Below are positions 26,931-38,836 of a DNA stretch of 64,000 nt, one piece after another. The stretch is from Mobula hypostoma. Taxonomy: Eukaryota. A program made the position numbers and the translations under genes. Location of the stretch: the NCBI RefSeq assembly GCF_963921235.1, contig NC_086114.1:62496001-62560000 (forward strand), given 5' to 3'. Below the pieces are notes generated by a model, which saw only the letters and a list, made by a program, of their open reading frames with translations, was not told the DNA's origin and ran no database searches. Position 1 is the first letter of the stretch, and every line of letters starts with the position of its first letter.

Positions 26931-27700
26931 TTCTCTGAACATCCTGCTCTCATCTCTTTAAAAATGGATTTAAGATTTTCCCAACACTGGATCTTAAGGT
27001 AATTGGTATAGAGATGTTTTCCATTTCTGTCCTTTATTGAAAAATAAAGTTAGACATGCAGTTTTTCAATCTTCTGAACCACTCTAGGATTATGGATTCT
27101 TTGAGGATTATATTTCTACAGCCACTATGATCCTTGAAAGCAAGCCATCTGTATCAGGAGACTCAGGCCATGAGACATAAGGCACTGGAGCAGAATTAGG
27201 TCACTTGGCCCAACAATTTGGCACTACCATTCCATCATGGTTAATTTATTGTTCCTCCCAACCTCATTCTCCCGCCTTCTCTCTGTAACCTTTGCCGCTC
27301 TTTCTATCAAGAATGTATCAACCTCCTGAAGACTGAGAGGGAGAAGATAAAGCAGGATGTATCAGAATTACAGTGGAGTGAAGGGAGTTCAAGAGGTATG
27401 AGAGGCGAACTGGCCTAAGTTGAGTGAAAGGGAACACCATCGGGATGATGGCGGAACAGCAATGCCATGAGTTTCAGGGGGCAATTTGGAAGGTGCAGGA
27501 TAGATACTATACATTCCAATGAAGTATTCTAAAGGGAGGTTGAAAAGGGAAATCAAAGGCAAGACATATGTTAAAAAGAGGGCATATAATATAACAGAAA
27601 CTAGCGGGAAGTTCAAGGATTGGGAAGTATTTAAAAACCAACAGACAACTAAAAGATCCATAAGAAGAGAAAAACTGAAATATGAAGGTAAGCTCATCAA

Positions 27701-28009
27701 TAGCACATGGCCAAGTGGTTAAGGCATTGGACTAGCTACCTGAAGGTCATGAGTTCGAGCCCCAGCCGAGGGAATGTGTTGTGTCTTTGAGCAAGGCACT
27801 TAACCACACATTGCTCTGTGACGACACCGGTGCCAAGCTGTATGGGTCCTAATGCCCTTCCCTTTGACAACATTGGGGTTGTGGAGAGGGGAGACTTGCA
27901 GCATGGGCAACTGCTGGTCTTCCATACAACCTTGCCCAGGCCTACACCCTGGAGGGTGAAGACTTTCCAGGCGCAGATCCATAGTCTTGTAAGACTAGCG
28001 GATGCCTTT
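27701..28009 (+). mobile_element. tRNA-derived SINE
   Basis: Box A tggccaagtgg, box B gagttcgagcc; near-identical copy at 32079-32385. Confidence 0.85.
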
Positions 28010-28919
28010 AATAGTCAATAATATAAAAGAAGATACCGAAAGTATTTTCAGGTCTGTAAAGAGTGAAAAGAGGCCAGAGTGGAACGACTGTAAAATTTTG
28101 CTGGGGAGGTAGTAATGGGGGAGAAAGAAATGATGGATGAACTTAATAAGTACTTCGTGTCAGTCTTCACTGTGGACGACACTAGTAGTTTGCCAGAAAT
28201 TCAAGAATTTCAGGAGGCAGAAGTGAGTGTAAATGTTATTACTCAGGAGAAGATGCTTGGGAATATGAAAGGTCTGAAGGCAGGTAAGTCACCCAAACTG
28301 TATGGGTTCTGAAAGAGGTGGCTGATGAGATTGTGGCGGCATTGGATTCTGGAATGGTTCCTGAGGAATGGAAAATTGCAAATGTCGCTCCACTCTTTAA
28401 AAAGGGAGGGAGGCAGAAGAAAGGAAATTATAGGCCAATTAGCCTGACTTCAGTGGTTGGGAAGATGTTGGAGTCCATTACTAAGGATGAAGTTTCGGGG
28501 TACTTGGAAGCACATGATAAAGCAGGCCAAAGTCAGCATGGTTCCCTTAACGGGAAATCTTGCCTGACAATTCTGTTGGAGTTCTTTGAGGAAACAAGCA
28601 GGACAGACAAAGTTGAGTCAGTGGATGGTGTTTCCTTGGATTTGCAAAAGTCCTTTGACAAAGTGCAGCACATGAGGCTGTTTAACAAGATAGTTTTACA
28701 GGAAAAATACTCGCAAAGATAGAAGATTGGCTGACTAGCAGGAGGCAAAGAGTGGGAATAAAGGGCGCTTATTTTGGTGGTCAGCCGGTGACATATTGGG
28801 ACCACTTCTTTTCAGTGATTTGGATGACAGAATTTACGGCCTTGTGGCCAAGTTTGCAGACAATACGTAGATTGGCAGAGGGGCTGGTAGTGTTGAGGAA
28901 GCAGGGAGTCTGCATAAGG

Positions 28920-30990
28920 CCACAAAATGCTGTAGGAACTCAGCAAGTCAGGCAGCGTCTATGGAAACGGATAAACAGTGGATGTTTTGGGCTGAGACAC
29001 TTCTTCAGAACTGGGAAGGAAGAGGGAGATCACCAGAATAAACATGTGGGGGGAGGGGAAGGAGGCTAGCTGGAAGGTGATAGGTAAAGCCAAGTGGATT
29101 GGAAAGGTAAAGATCGGGGGAAGAAGGAATCTGATAGGAGAGGAGAATAGACCATCGGAGAAAGGAAAGGAAGAGGGGACCAACGGAAAAATAATAGGCA
29201 GGAAAAAAAGAGGTAAAAGTTCAGAATGAGGAATGGGGGGGCAGCATTTTTTTACGAGAAGGAGAAATCGATATTCATGCCAGCATGTTGGAGGGAACCC
29301 AGACAGAATATACGGTTTTGCTCCTCCACCCTGAGGGTGGCCTCATCATGGCACAAGAGGAGGCCAGGAACTGACATGTTGGAACGGGAATGGGGATCGG
29401 AATTAAAATGTTGGTCTACCGGGAAGTTAGTTACACTTTTGGCGGATGGAACGGAGGCGGTCGACGAAGCAGTTCCCCAGTTTATGAGGGGTCTCACCAA
29501 TGTAGAGGAGGTTGCATCAGGAGTCCCAGACACAATAGACAACTCCTGCAGATTCACAGGTGAAGTGTTGCCTCACCTGGAAGGACTGGGGCCCTGAATG
29601 GAGGTGAGGGAGAAGGTGAATGGGCAAGTGTAGAACCTCAGCTGCTTGCAGGGATTAGAGCCGGGAGGGAGATTAGGGGAGATGGACGAGTGGACAAGGG
29701 AATCATGTGGAAAGTGGAGAGGTGGGGAGGTAAAGATGTGTTTGGTGGTAGGATCCCCTTGGAGATGGAGGAAGCTGGGGAGGATGATTTGCTGGACGCG
29801 GAGACTCATGGGGTGGTAGGTAAAGACAAAAGGAACTCTATCCATTTTAAGGTGATGGGAAGATGGAGTGAGCATGGATGTCCTGGAAATGGGGGGGATG
29901 CAGGTGAGGGCGGCATCAATGGTGGAGGAAGGGAAACACCATTCCTTGAAGAAGGAGGACACCTCTGATGTCCTGGAAAGGACAGCCACATCCTGGGAAA
30001 GAATGTAGCAGAGACAGAAAGAACTGAGAAAAGGAAATAGCATTTTTACAGGAGACAGGGTGGGAAGAGGTATAGTCAAGATAGCCATGGGAACCGATAT
30101 GTTTATAAAAGATGTTGGTCAGCAGCTTGTCTCCAGAGATGGAGACAGAGAGATCAAGAAAGGGATAGAGGTGTTAGAAATGGACCAAGTGAATTTAAAG
30201 GCAGGGTGGAAGTTGGAGTCAAAGTTGCTGAAATTGATGAGCTTAATGTGGGTGCATGAGGCAGCACCAATGTAGTCGTCAATGTAGAGCAGGAAGAGTT
30301 GGAGAACGTTACCAGGGAAGGCTTGGAACATGGACTGTTCTACAAGGCCAACGAAGAAGCAGGCACAGCTGGGGCCCATGGCTATCCCTCCTGTCTGGAG
30401 AAAGTGGGAGGAGCCCAAAGAAAATTTCTTGAGGGTGAGGACCAGTTCTGCCAGGTGGAGGAGGGTGGTAGTTGAGGGGAACCAGCAGGTTCTTTTATTG
30501 AGAAAAAAGCAGAGAGCTTTAAGGCCTTCTTGATGGGGGAGTGGAAGTGTTTAGGGACTGGACATCCATGATGAAAATGAGGCAGTGAGGGGCAGGGAAT
30601 TGAAAGTTAGTGAGGAGATCGAGAACATCAGAAGTATTGTGGATGTAGTTGGGAAGCAACTGAATCAAGAGTGAGCTGAGGAATGAGGACATGAGTTCTG
30701 TGGGGCAGGAGCAGGCAGAGACATTAGGCCTACCCGGAGAATCACGTTTGTGGATCTTGGGTAGGAGGTAGAAGCGAGCTGTGCGGGTTGAGGGAACTAT
30801 GAGTTTGGTGGCAGTGGATGGGAGTTCTCCAGAGTTGATGAGGTCAGTGATGGTGTCAAAGACAGTTTTCTGATGGTCCAGAGTGGGGTCCTCTTCGAGG
30901 GGTAGGTATGAGGAGGTGACTGAGAGTTGCACCTGGCCTCAGTGAGCAAGGCAGAGGTCAGTCCGCCACACTACAACAGCACCCACTTTG
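28920..30990 (-). mobile_element. Penelope-like element (RT to GIY-YIG to terminus)
   Basis: ARFYLLPKIHK..PGRP, GIAMGPS.A, LYIDD; GIY-YIG-type C-terminus PVDQHFN, EEQNRIFCLGSLQ..GMN. Confidence 0.9.
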
Positions 30991-31616
30991 AGTAGTGTAG
31001 TACAGGGTGTATAGTATGGTCATGTACTTTGGTAGTAGGAATAAAGGTACTGATTTTTGAATTTTCTAAATGGAGAAAATTCAAAAATCAAAGTGCAAAG
31101 CGTCCTTGTACAGGATTCCCTAAAGGTTAACTTGTAGATGGTAAAGAAGGCAGATGCAATGTTAGCTTTCATTTCAAGAGAACTAGAATATAAAAGCAAG
31201 GACGTAATGCTAAGGTTTGATAAGGCATTGGTCAGACTGTATTTGGAATATTGTGAGCAATTTTGGGTCCATTATCTAAGAAAAGATGTGCTGTTGTCGA
31301 AGAGGGTCAGAATAGGTTCATGAGAATGATTCTGGGAATGAAAGGGTGAAGGTATGGGGAGTGTTTGATGGCTTTGGGCCTGTACTCACTGGAGTTTGGA
31401 AGAATGAATGCTCCTCATATTTTCACCTTTTCATTCCCAGGATCATTCTCATAAAACTCCTCTGGACCCTCTGCAAAGTGGGCACATCCTACCTTAGTAA
31501 AGGGGCCCAAAACACTCATAATACTTCGAACATGACCTTGTAAGGCCTCAGTTTGTCAGTCTTTACCTCTATGCTTTGCTCATAGTTTTCATCCAGCAAA
31601 ATAGATTTAATTTCAC

Positions 31617-31756
31617 CTTCTCTGTAAGATTATTGATTATCTGCTTTGTGCTGTAATAATTCTCTCATTCTTACAGCAGAAGGCAAATAATCAATAACTA
31701 CAGAGTGCCAAGAGTGCAATGGAGAGTGCAATATCGTCCAGGAATACACTGATGGA
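31617..31756 (-). pseudogene. Candidate decayed transmembrane-type exon
   Basis: Long pyrimidine tract plus tag acceptor; donor AAG|gtgaaa; hydrophobic IALSIALLAL and LLIICLLL fall in two different frames, with stops. Confidence 0.25.
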
Positions 31757-32078
31757 CTACAAAGGGAGAATTGTTACAGCAGGGAGTGGAGGTGGGACGG
31801 GGATCAGTGAGGGAGGGGGAAGGGAGTTGGTTTGGCATCTGGTGAGGAAGTCACTGAGTTAATGGGAGATCAAAATCCTTTGTTTATTTATTCTTTCATG
31901 ATATATGGACATTCCTGACAAAGCCACTTTTATTGAGCATTCCTTGACCAGCTCATGGAATTCAACAAAACCACAGTGAAGGAGCAAGCAGCAGAAAATC
32001 ATATTAGGATCTCCCCCCCTGAACCATTGTTACCCAATATTTGCTCAATGTGTTCAGCCATAGTTTTAGGAACTTCTA

Positions 32079-32385
32079 GTCAAGTGGTTAAGGCATTGGA
32101 CTAGCGACCTGAAGGTCGTGAGTTCAAGCCCCAGCCGAGGGAACGTGTTGTGTCCTTGAGCAAGGCATTTAATCACACATTGCTCTGTGACAACACTGAT
32201 GCCAAACTGTATGGGTCCTAATGCCCTTCCCTTGGACAACATTGGTGTCGTGGAGAGGGGAGACTTGCAGCATGGGCAACTGCTGGTCTTCCATACAACC
32301 TTGCCCAGGCCTGCACTCCGGAGAGTGAAGACTTTCCAGGCGCAGATCCATGGTCTCGCAAGACTAACGGATGCCTTTTTTTTTT
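32079..32385 (+). mobile_element. tRNA-derived SINE (second copy)
   Basis: Matches 27701-28009; T-rich tail. Confidence 0.85.
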
Positions 32386-32545
32386 AGTCAGGTGGAAAAG
32401 AAATGTAAAAATCTGCACACTTAACTCTGAGGGATTTCTAAAGTTTAATTCTCACAGGTATAAATCAAGATAGAGATAATATGCTGCTGCAAAAATTCCA
32501 ACCAGATCAGATGCTGATGTTGTACTGATTTGTGGGGATAGTGAC

Positions 32546-32680
32546 CAATCTCATGGTCAATGGGAGACTGCAGTCTTCTGTTTTTTCACATTATAGTACG
32601 TTTGTACATCCCGCATTGCAAGCTGGACTCCACAGGGTCAACGTTCTCTCTGAACAGCCGGGCCACCATGGTGTACGTCC
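32546..32680 (-). pseudogene. Candidate decayed Ig-domain exon (3' half)
   Basis: TLTLWS...NAG[frameshift]MYK(R)TIM*KNRRLQSPIDHEI G|gt resembles an Ig E/F/G-strand D-x-G-x-Y-x-C pattern; needs frameshifts; 5' part replaced by CR1. Confidence 0.2.
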
Positions 32681-33960
32681 AGAGTTATGAAGACATTGGA
32701 TTGGATAGGTCTGTTTTCCATGGAGCAGGAGAGGCTGAGTGGGAACTTGATAGAGCATATGTGCAATAATATGTAAAGTGTCTATAGGATAGATTGTGAG
32801 ATATTTTGCCCCATGGCAGAAATGTATAAAACCAGAGGAAATAGATTTAAGGTGCAGAGTAAGAGGTTTAGAGAGAAGCTGAGGGAATTCATCACTCAGA
32901 GGAGGGTTGCAATCTGGAATACTCTGCCTGAAAAAGTAATGGAGGCAGACTCCTACAACAATTAATACAGGACAAAGCACAGTAGGTTTTGACTAAGTTC
33001 TGGTAGGTGGGATCATTATAGAAAGGTTCCTAATGGCACCATTGGGCAATTGGCCTGTTTCTGTGCTGTAGGGTTCTAATGCCTAGATAGGAGACCACAA
33101 CTTACGAGGAAAGGCTCAGTAAGCTAGGGCTTTCCTCTTTGGCATGATGGAAGATGAAAGGCGACTTGATAGAGATGTACAGTATGATAAGAGGCATTGA
33201 TCGACAGACAGAGACTTTTTCCCAGAGTGGGAATGACCAATATGAGAGGGCATAATTTTAAGGTGATTGGAGGAAAGTGCAGGGTGGATGTCAGAGGTAA
33301 GTGTTTTTTACACAGAAAATGATGGATGCATGGAATGTGCTTCTAAGGGAGGTGGTAGAGGTAGATACATTGGGGACATTTGAGAGACTCACAGATGGGC
33401 ATATGGGTAATAAAAGGCTATGTTGGAGGGGCTATATTGATCTAAGAGTAGGTTAAGAGGTGGTCACATCATGGGCATGGGAGGAGGGGCCCATACTGTG
33501 CTGTATTGTTCTATGTTCTATGGTATGTACGTACATTGGGAGACAGAAAGGATTATTGAGCAATTGAATATTAATGTTATTAATTCTGCACAACATTGTG
33601 CACTGAGGGGCCTTTTCCTGTGCCTTACTGTCCTATGGTCTGTGTTCTAGGAGAGGCTGGACAAGCTTGTATTGGTTTCTGTGACTATTGGAGGCTGGTG
33701 GGAGATCGGATTACGAGAACCGTAGATAGAGTGGATGGTCAGAAACTTTTACCACGGTAGAAATATGAAACACTGGCTTTAAGGTGAGAGAGGTGAAACT
33801 TTATGGAGGATATGTGGAGAAAGGTATTTTACACAGGGAGTGGTGGATGTCTGGAATGCGCTGTCAGGGCTGGTGGAAGCAGATTGGCATTCAAGAGGCT
33901 TTTAGATAGGGTTGTAAGTATGCAGAGAATGGAGGGAAACAGATTGTGTGCAGGTGATGA
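32681..33960 (+). mobile_element. Stack of CR1 3'-end fragments
   Basis: Three successive TRG.FKV...FFTQR.V..WN.LP-type segments with ttctatg tails. Confidence 0.75.
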
Positions 33961-33979
33961 GGGAGCCGTACAGGTATAC

Positions 33980-34770
33980 AGATAGTGAGTGGGGTCGCAA
34001 CTCAACGTCAGTAAGACTAAGGAATTAATTGTGGACTTCAGGAAGGAGAAGTCAAGGGAACACACACCAGTCCTCATCGAGGGCTCAGCACTGGAAAGGG
34101 TGAGCAGTTCCAAGTTTCTGGGTATCAACATCTCTGAAGATCTATCCTGGGCCCAACATATTGATGCAATTACAAAGAAGGCATGACAGTGGCTATATTT
34201 TACTAGGAGTTTGAGGAGTAACCAAAGACTCTTACAAATTTCTACAGATGCACTGTGGAGAGCATTCTAACTGGTCACATCACTATCTGGTATGCAGGGT
34301 CCACGGTACAGCATCAGGAAAAGTTGCAGAAAGTTAAAAACTCAGCCAACTCTATCATGGGCACTAACCTCCCCAGCATCAAGGACATCTTCAAAAGGCG
34401 ATGCCTGAAAAAGACAGTGTCCATCGTTAAGGACCCCATCACCCAGGACATGCCCTCTTCTCACTGCTACCATCAATGAGAAGGTACAGGAGCCTTCTTC
34501 AACACACACTCAATGGGAACAGCTTCTCCTCCTCCACTATCAGATTTCTGAATGAACAATGAACCCATGGACACTACCTCACTGTTTTTTTACCTTTTCT
34601 TTTGCTCTCTTTTTGCACTATATATTTAATTTAATTCTTATATATATATTTCTTATTGCAATTTATAGTTTGTTATTATTATGTATTCCAAAGCACAGCT
34701 AAAGCAAAACAACAAATTTCACAACATTTGCCAGTGATATTAAACCTGATTTTGATTCTTAATCTGATTC
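33980..34770 (+). mobile_element. Rex1/Babar LINE 3' fragment
   Basis: LNVSKTKELIVDFR...KFLGINISEDLSW; (CTGATT)n tail. Confidence 0.85.
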
Positions 34771-35184
34771 TGTAGAAATCTGTTCAATGTAGAATTAGGT
34801 ATAATCAGCTGAAGAGCCTGTTCCTCTGCTCTGCTGTTCTATTTTCTAAAGCTGAATAGTTGTGGATGTTATTAGAGTAATTCAGACAAAGCTGCCGATT
34901 TCTTGGATAAAGCGGAGTAAAGCTGGGTTTCCGGAGGTATTTGATAAGGTGCTGAATCAAAAGGTGTTGTGCAAGTTAAAAGTTTATGGTACAGGAGATA
35001 ATGTGCAAAACATTAGCTATCCAGTGGAAATAGACGCTGCACACCAATAGATCCTTTCTCTGACTGGCAAAATGTAACAAGGTTGAATCACAGAAATCAC
35101 TGCTGGACCTCACCTTTATTTCCAGTTTATTTAAGTAACTTGGTGAAGGCACCAGAGGTGGGGTGGTTGATGACAGACAGATAG

Positions 35185-35460
35185 GTCAGGCAGTCCCACT
35201 CCCACACCGATCTGGGTCACGTGAAACCATGGGAGTGTGGTGGATGGTTGTATGAGCATATCACAAGTCTGGTTATGTGACCACTGATGCCAGAGAATCT
35301 CTGAAGAGTATTGATAACGGCTGGGGTCACCCGTCTTGTGAAGACACTGCCCAGAAGCAGGCAATGGCAAACTGCTTCAGGACAAACATTTGTCAAGAAT
35401 CATCATGGTCATGAGATCGTGATCACCCACATCATATGACACGGCACGTAATGATGATAA
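35185..35460 (+). mobile_element. RTE-related SINE-like element
   Basis: cagaagcaggcaatggcaaac...tgtcaagaa resembles the Bov-B/RTE-derived GAAGGCAATGGCAA motif; (ATG)n-like tail. Confidence 0.45.
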
Positions 35461-35569
35461 TTCTTGCTGGACAAGGACAGAGTAGGAAGAAATCAGATCA
35501 GCCTTGACATTATTGACTGGCTGGACACAGCAACAATTCTGTCCTCTAATTCTGTGTCCATGTGTTTGT

Positions 35570-36150
35570 TTAAATAATGCTGGAAAGTATGTGAAAAATG
35601 CTGGTGTTAGTCCGGATGTTGCAGGAATGTAGTTGGATGCTTCTGCATTAATATTGGGTAATGCCAGGTCATGCTAAATAACGTGGGAAATCCTGAACTA
35701 ATTCCGGAGTAAATCTGGATAACACTGGAGTAATAACAGTGATACTGGATAATGTGTGAGTAATGCTAATAATGCTGTTTAATATGGAAAATAGGATGAA
35801 CGTTGGATAAAGATGGAGTAATGTTCAATAATGCTCATTAATACTGAAGTAATGTCAGAATAATACTGAAGTAGTGCTAGTAATGCTGGTAATCCTGGAT
35901 GCTTCCAAAATAACACTGGGATAATGCTTGATACTGTTGATGAATACAGGATAATGCTGAATAATGCTGGAGTAACACCGGATATTACTGTATTATTTCT
36001 GGAGTATCACTGGATAATGCAGAAGAATGTTGGGCAAATTTGGTTAACTTTGAATATTGTTGATGTAAGTCTAGAGTAATAGTTGAAGTAAGGCTGAGTA
36101 TTAATTGGTAATGCTGGAGTAATAGTAGAGCCAGACTGGATATATTTGTA
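35570..36150. repeat. Degenerate minisatellite, core TAATGCTGGA(G), ~10-13 bp period
   Basis: Dozens of taatgctg/taatactg/taacactg variants. Confidence 0.75.
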
Positions 36151-36216
36151 ATATATCAGGAAGCAGCAAGCGAGGAGGATCTGGAAGAGAGCAGTACGGT
36201 AGAGACGAGAACTCAC

Positions 36217-36319
36217 CCAGCAGCAGAGCTGGAGATGACACCATGATCCAGAGAGTGAGGCATGGAAGCAGGGGCAGAAACAGCCAGTGAGAACTTCGAC
36301 CTTTCGTTACTACTTCCAT
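36217..36319 (-). CDS. Candidate signal-peptide-encoding first coding exon (MEVVTKGRSSHWLFLPLLPCLTLWIMVSSPALLL-G)
   Basis: Acceptor cctttgcttttacttcag 3 nt before the ATG; perfect phase-1 donor G|GTGAGT at 36216-36211; basic n-region plus hydrophobic h-region. Confidence 0.5.
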
Positions 36320-37662
36320 TCACTGAAGTAAAAGCAAAGGTGGGTCTGAGGTTGGTCTTTATGTTGTAGTGGGTGGTGCTTGGAGAGGCATAACATACCT
36401 TGTTTAATCAATACACTGCAGTTCAGTGAGTAACTAACGGCTTGTTCCAAGGGTAATTCAACTAAACCCTCAGTTATTTACTTAACTTCAGCACATCAGT
36501 TAATCCAGGGACTTCATTCGTCTCCCGGGGTCATTGGACGAAGGGAACTGGAAATGCTCCTCGGCAGTATATGGGAAAGTGGGGGGGAGGGGGGGCTCTG
36601 GTGTCCTGGAGATCACATATGTAGGAAGTGCATCCATCTGCAATTCCTCACTACACCACTGGAGCTGCGGAACATACATAATGTCATGGATAGCATGTTT
36701 AGTGAGCAGGTCACACCACAAGTAATGGCAGCATAACGTGATCACCCAGTAAGTGCTGCAGATCCCCTTCGACCCACCCCAGGGGAAAGAAGCATCAGTT
36801 AAGCTTGTGAAACCATGGTGATTTTTTTTGCTACACCGGACGGGAAAGCCAAGTCTTAATCACTGGGGACTTGCTTGAGATCACGCAAGCTGTTGCTTGT
36901 GGTGAATGACCCCAAGATTTAAAAGGCGAGCAAGGTCAGTCAGGACAGTCAGCGGCCTTGAGATCGTGCGAGCCTTTGCTTGTACTGAGTGAGTGCAAGA
37001 CTTTAAAAGAGAGCAGGGCCTGTCAGGACATTGGGTCGTATTTGAGACAGTTGGTAATTAGGCATTTGGCTAGGACCAATGAAAAGAAATTAAGATCATG
37101 TAGAGTGCCATTGTGGGAGAAGCCATTGTTGGGGTGGCCAGGGTTAGAATGAGGGAGCTTGAGGGTTTGGCCTCAGTAGTTTCTGGTAAGTTCCTTTCTT
37201 TCTAATTGCAGAATTAGACAGTGGAATGTTCCTTTTGCTGGATGTAAGAAGACAGGGTCCCTGACCACTATACTGTAGCTGCAAGAAAATGCATCCAGCC
37301 ACAGCTTCTTACAGACTGTGATAGGGACTGGACCTGGACTTGGATGAACTATGGATCACTCAGGAGGCTGAGGGGTGCGCGGACAGGAGATACAGGAGGT
37401 GCTTACACCTATGGTGGGTAAGTGGGTGGTCATCAGGAAAAGGAAGGGGGTAAGCAGCCAGTGCAGGATACTCCTCTGGGAAATTCCCTATTTCCCTCAG
37501 TAACGAGTATGTTGCTTTGGAACTTCAGGGAGAAGGGGGAAGCGACTTTGTTAAGGAAAGCACTCTACAACACCGAGGAAAAGGGGGAAGATGAGGCAAG
37601 CAGTAGCTGGTTAGGGAGCAGACAGGAGGTGCTGCAGATGACAGCAAGTTTCTGGGATGGTA

Positions 37663-38836
37663 TCACAAACAAGAGAAAATCTGCAGATGCAGGAAATCTG
37701 AGCAACACCCACAGAATGCTGGAGGAACTCAGCAGGCCAGGCGGCATCTGTGGAAAAAAGTACAGTCGACATTTCAGGCCAAAACCCTTCGGCAGGACTG
37801 GAGGAAAAAAAGCTGAGGAGTAGATGTGAAAGGTGGGGAGAGGGGAGAGAGAAATGCCAGGAGATAGGTGAAACTTAGAGGGGGAGATATGAAGCAAAGA
37901 GCTAGGAAGTGGATTGGTGAAAGAGACAGAAGGCCATGGAAGGAAGTAAAAGAGAGGAGGAGAACCAGAGGGAGGTGATGGACGGGCAAGGAGATAACAT
38001 GAGAGAGGGACAAGGGGATGGGAAATGGTGAGGGGGGGGTGGAGGCATTACTGAGAAATCGATGTTCATGCCATCAGGTTGGAGGCTACCCAAACGGAAT
38101 ATAAGGTGTCGTTCTTCCAATCTAAGTGTGGCCTTATCCCGACAGTGGAGGAGGCCATGGATGGACATATTGAAATGAGAATCGGAAGTGGAATTAAAAT
38201 GGGTGGCCACTGGGAGATCCCACTTGTTCTGGTGGCTGGAGCATAGATACTCGGCGAAGCGGTCTCCCAATCTACGTTGGGTCTCACCGATATACAAGAG
38301 GGCACACCGGGAGCACCGGACACGGTATATAACCCCAACAGACTCACAGGTGAAGTGTCTCCGCACCTGGAAGGACTGTTCAGAGCCCTGAATAGCACTG
38401 AGGGAGGAGGTGTAGGGGCAGGTGCAGCACTTGTTTCGTTTGCAAGGATAGGTGCTAGGAGGGAGATCGGTGGGGAAGGACAAATGGGCAACGGAGACAT
38501 GTAGGGAGCGATCCCTGCGGAAAGCAGAAAGTGGGAGGGAGGGAAAGATGTGATTGGTGGTGAGATCCAGTTGGAGGTGGTGGAAGTTTAGGAGAATTAT
38601 GTGCTGGACACGGAGGCTGGTGGGATGGTAGGTGAGGACAAGGGGAACCCTATCCCTGGTAGCGTAGCAAGAGCAGATGTGCGAGAAATCGAAGAGATAC
38701 AGTTGAGGGCAGCGTTGATGGTGGAGGAAGGGAAGCCCCTTTCTTTGAAAAAGATGGACACCTCCTTCATTCTAGAATGAAAAGCCTCATCCTGACAACA
38801 GATGCGGCAGAGACAGAGGAATTGAGAGAAGGGGAT
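37663..38836 (-). mobile_element. Penelope-like element 3' part inserted in CR1 ORF1
   Basis: ORF 37902-38483 GVIYRVRCSRCALLYIGETQRRLGDRF (GIY-YIG); terminus carries a hammerhead motif. Confidence 0.92.
37763..37800 (-). ncRNA. Minimal type I hammerhead ribozyme motif (mutated)
   Basis: Minus strand CAGUC-CUGCCGA-AGG/guuuugg/CCU-GAAA-UGUC-GACUG; stems I and II pair; core A6 is C and the ACGU palindrome is decayed. Confidence 0.7.

Larger units (their letters stand above)
27330..31400 (+). mobile_element. CR1 LINE (RT region) interrupted by a SINE and a Penelope element
   Basis: ORF 28318-28722 WKIANVAPLFKKG...NYRPISLTSVVGK; resumes at ~31000 (KKADAMLAFISR). Confidence 0.85.

Noticed and set aside
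27701-27775. tRNA gene
   Set aside because: SINE head: it continues into a shared body and tail and is duplicated at 32079
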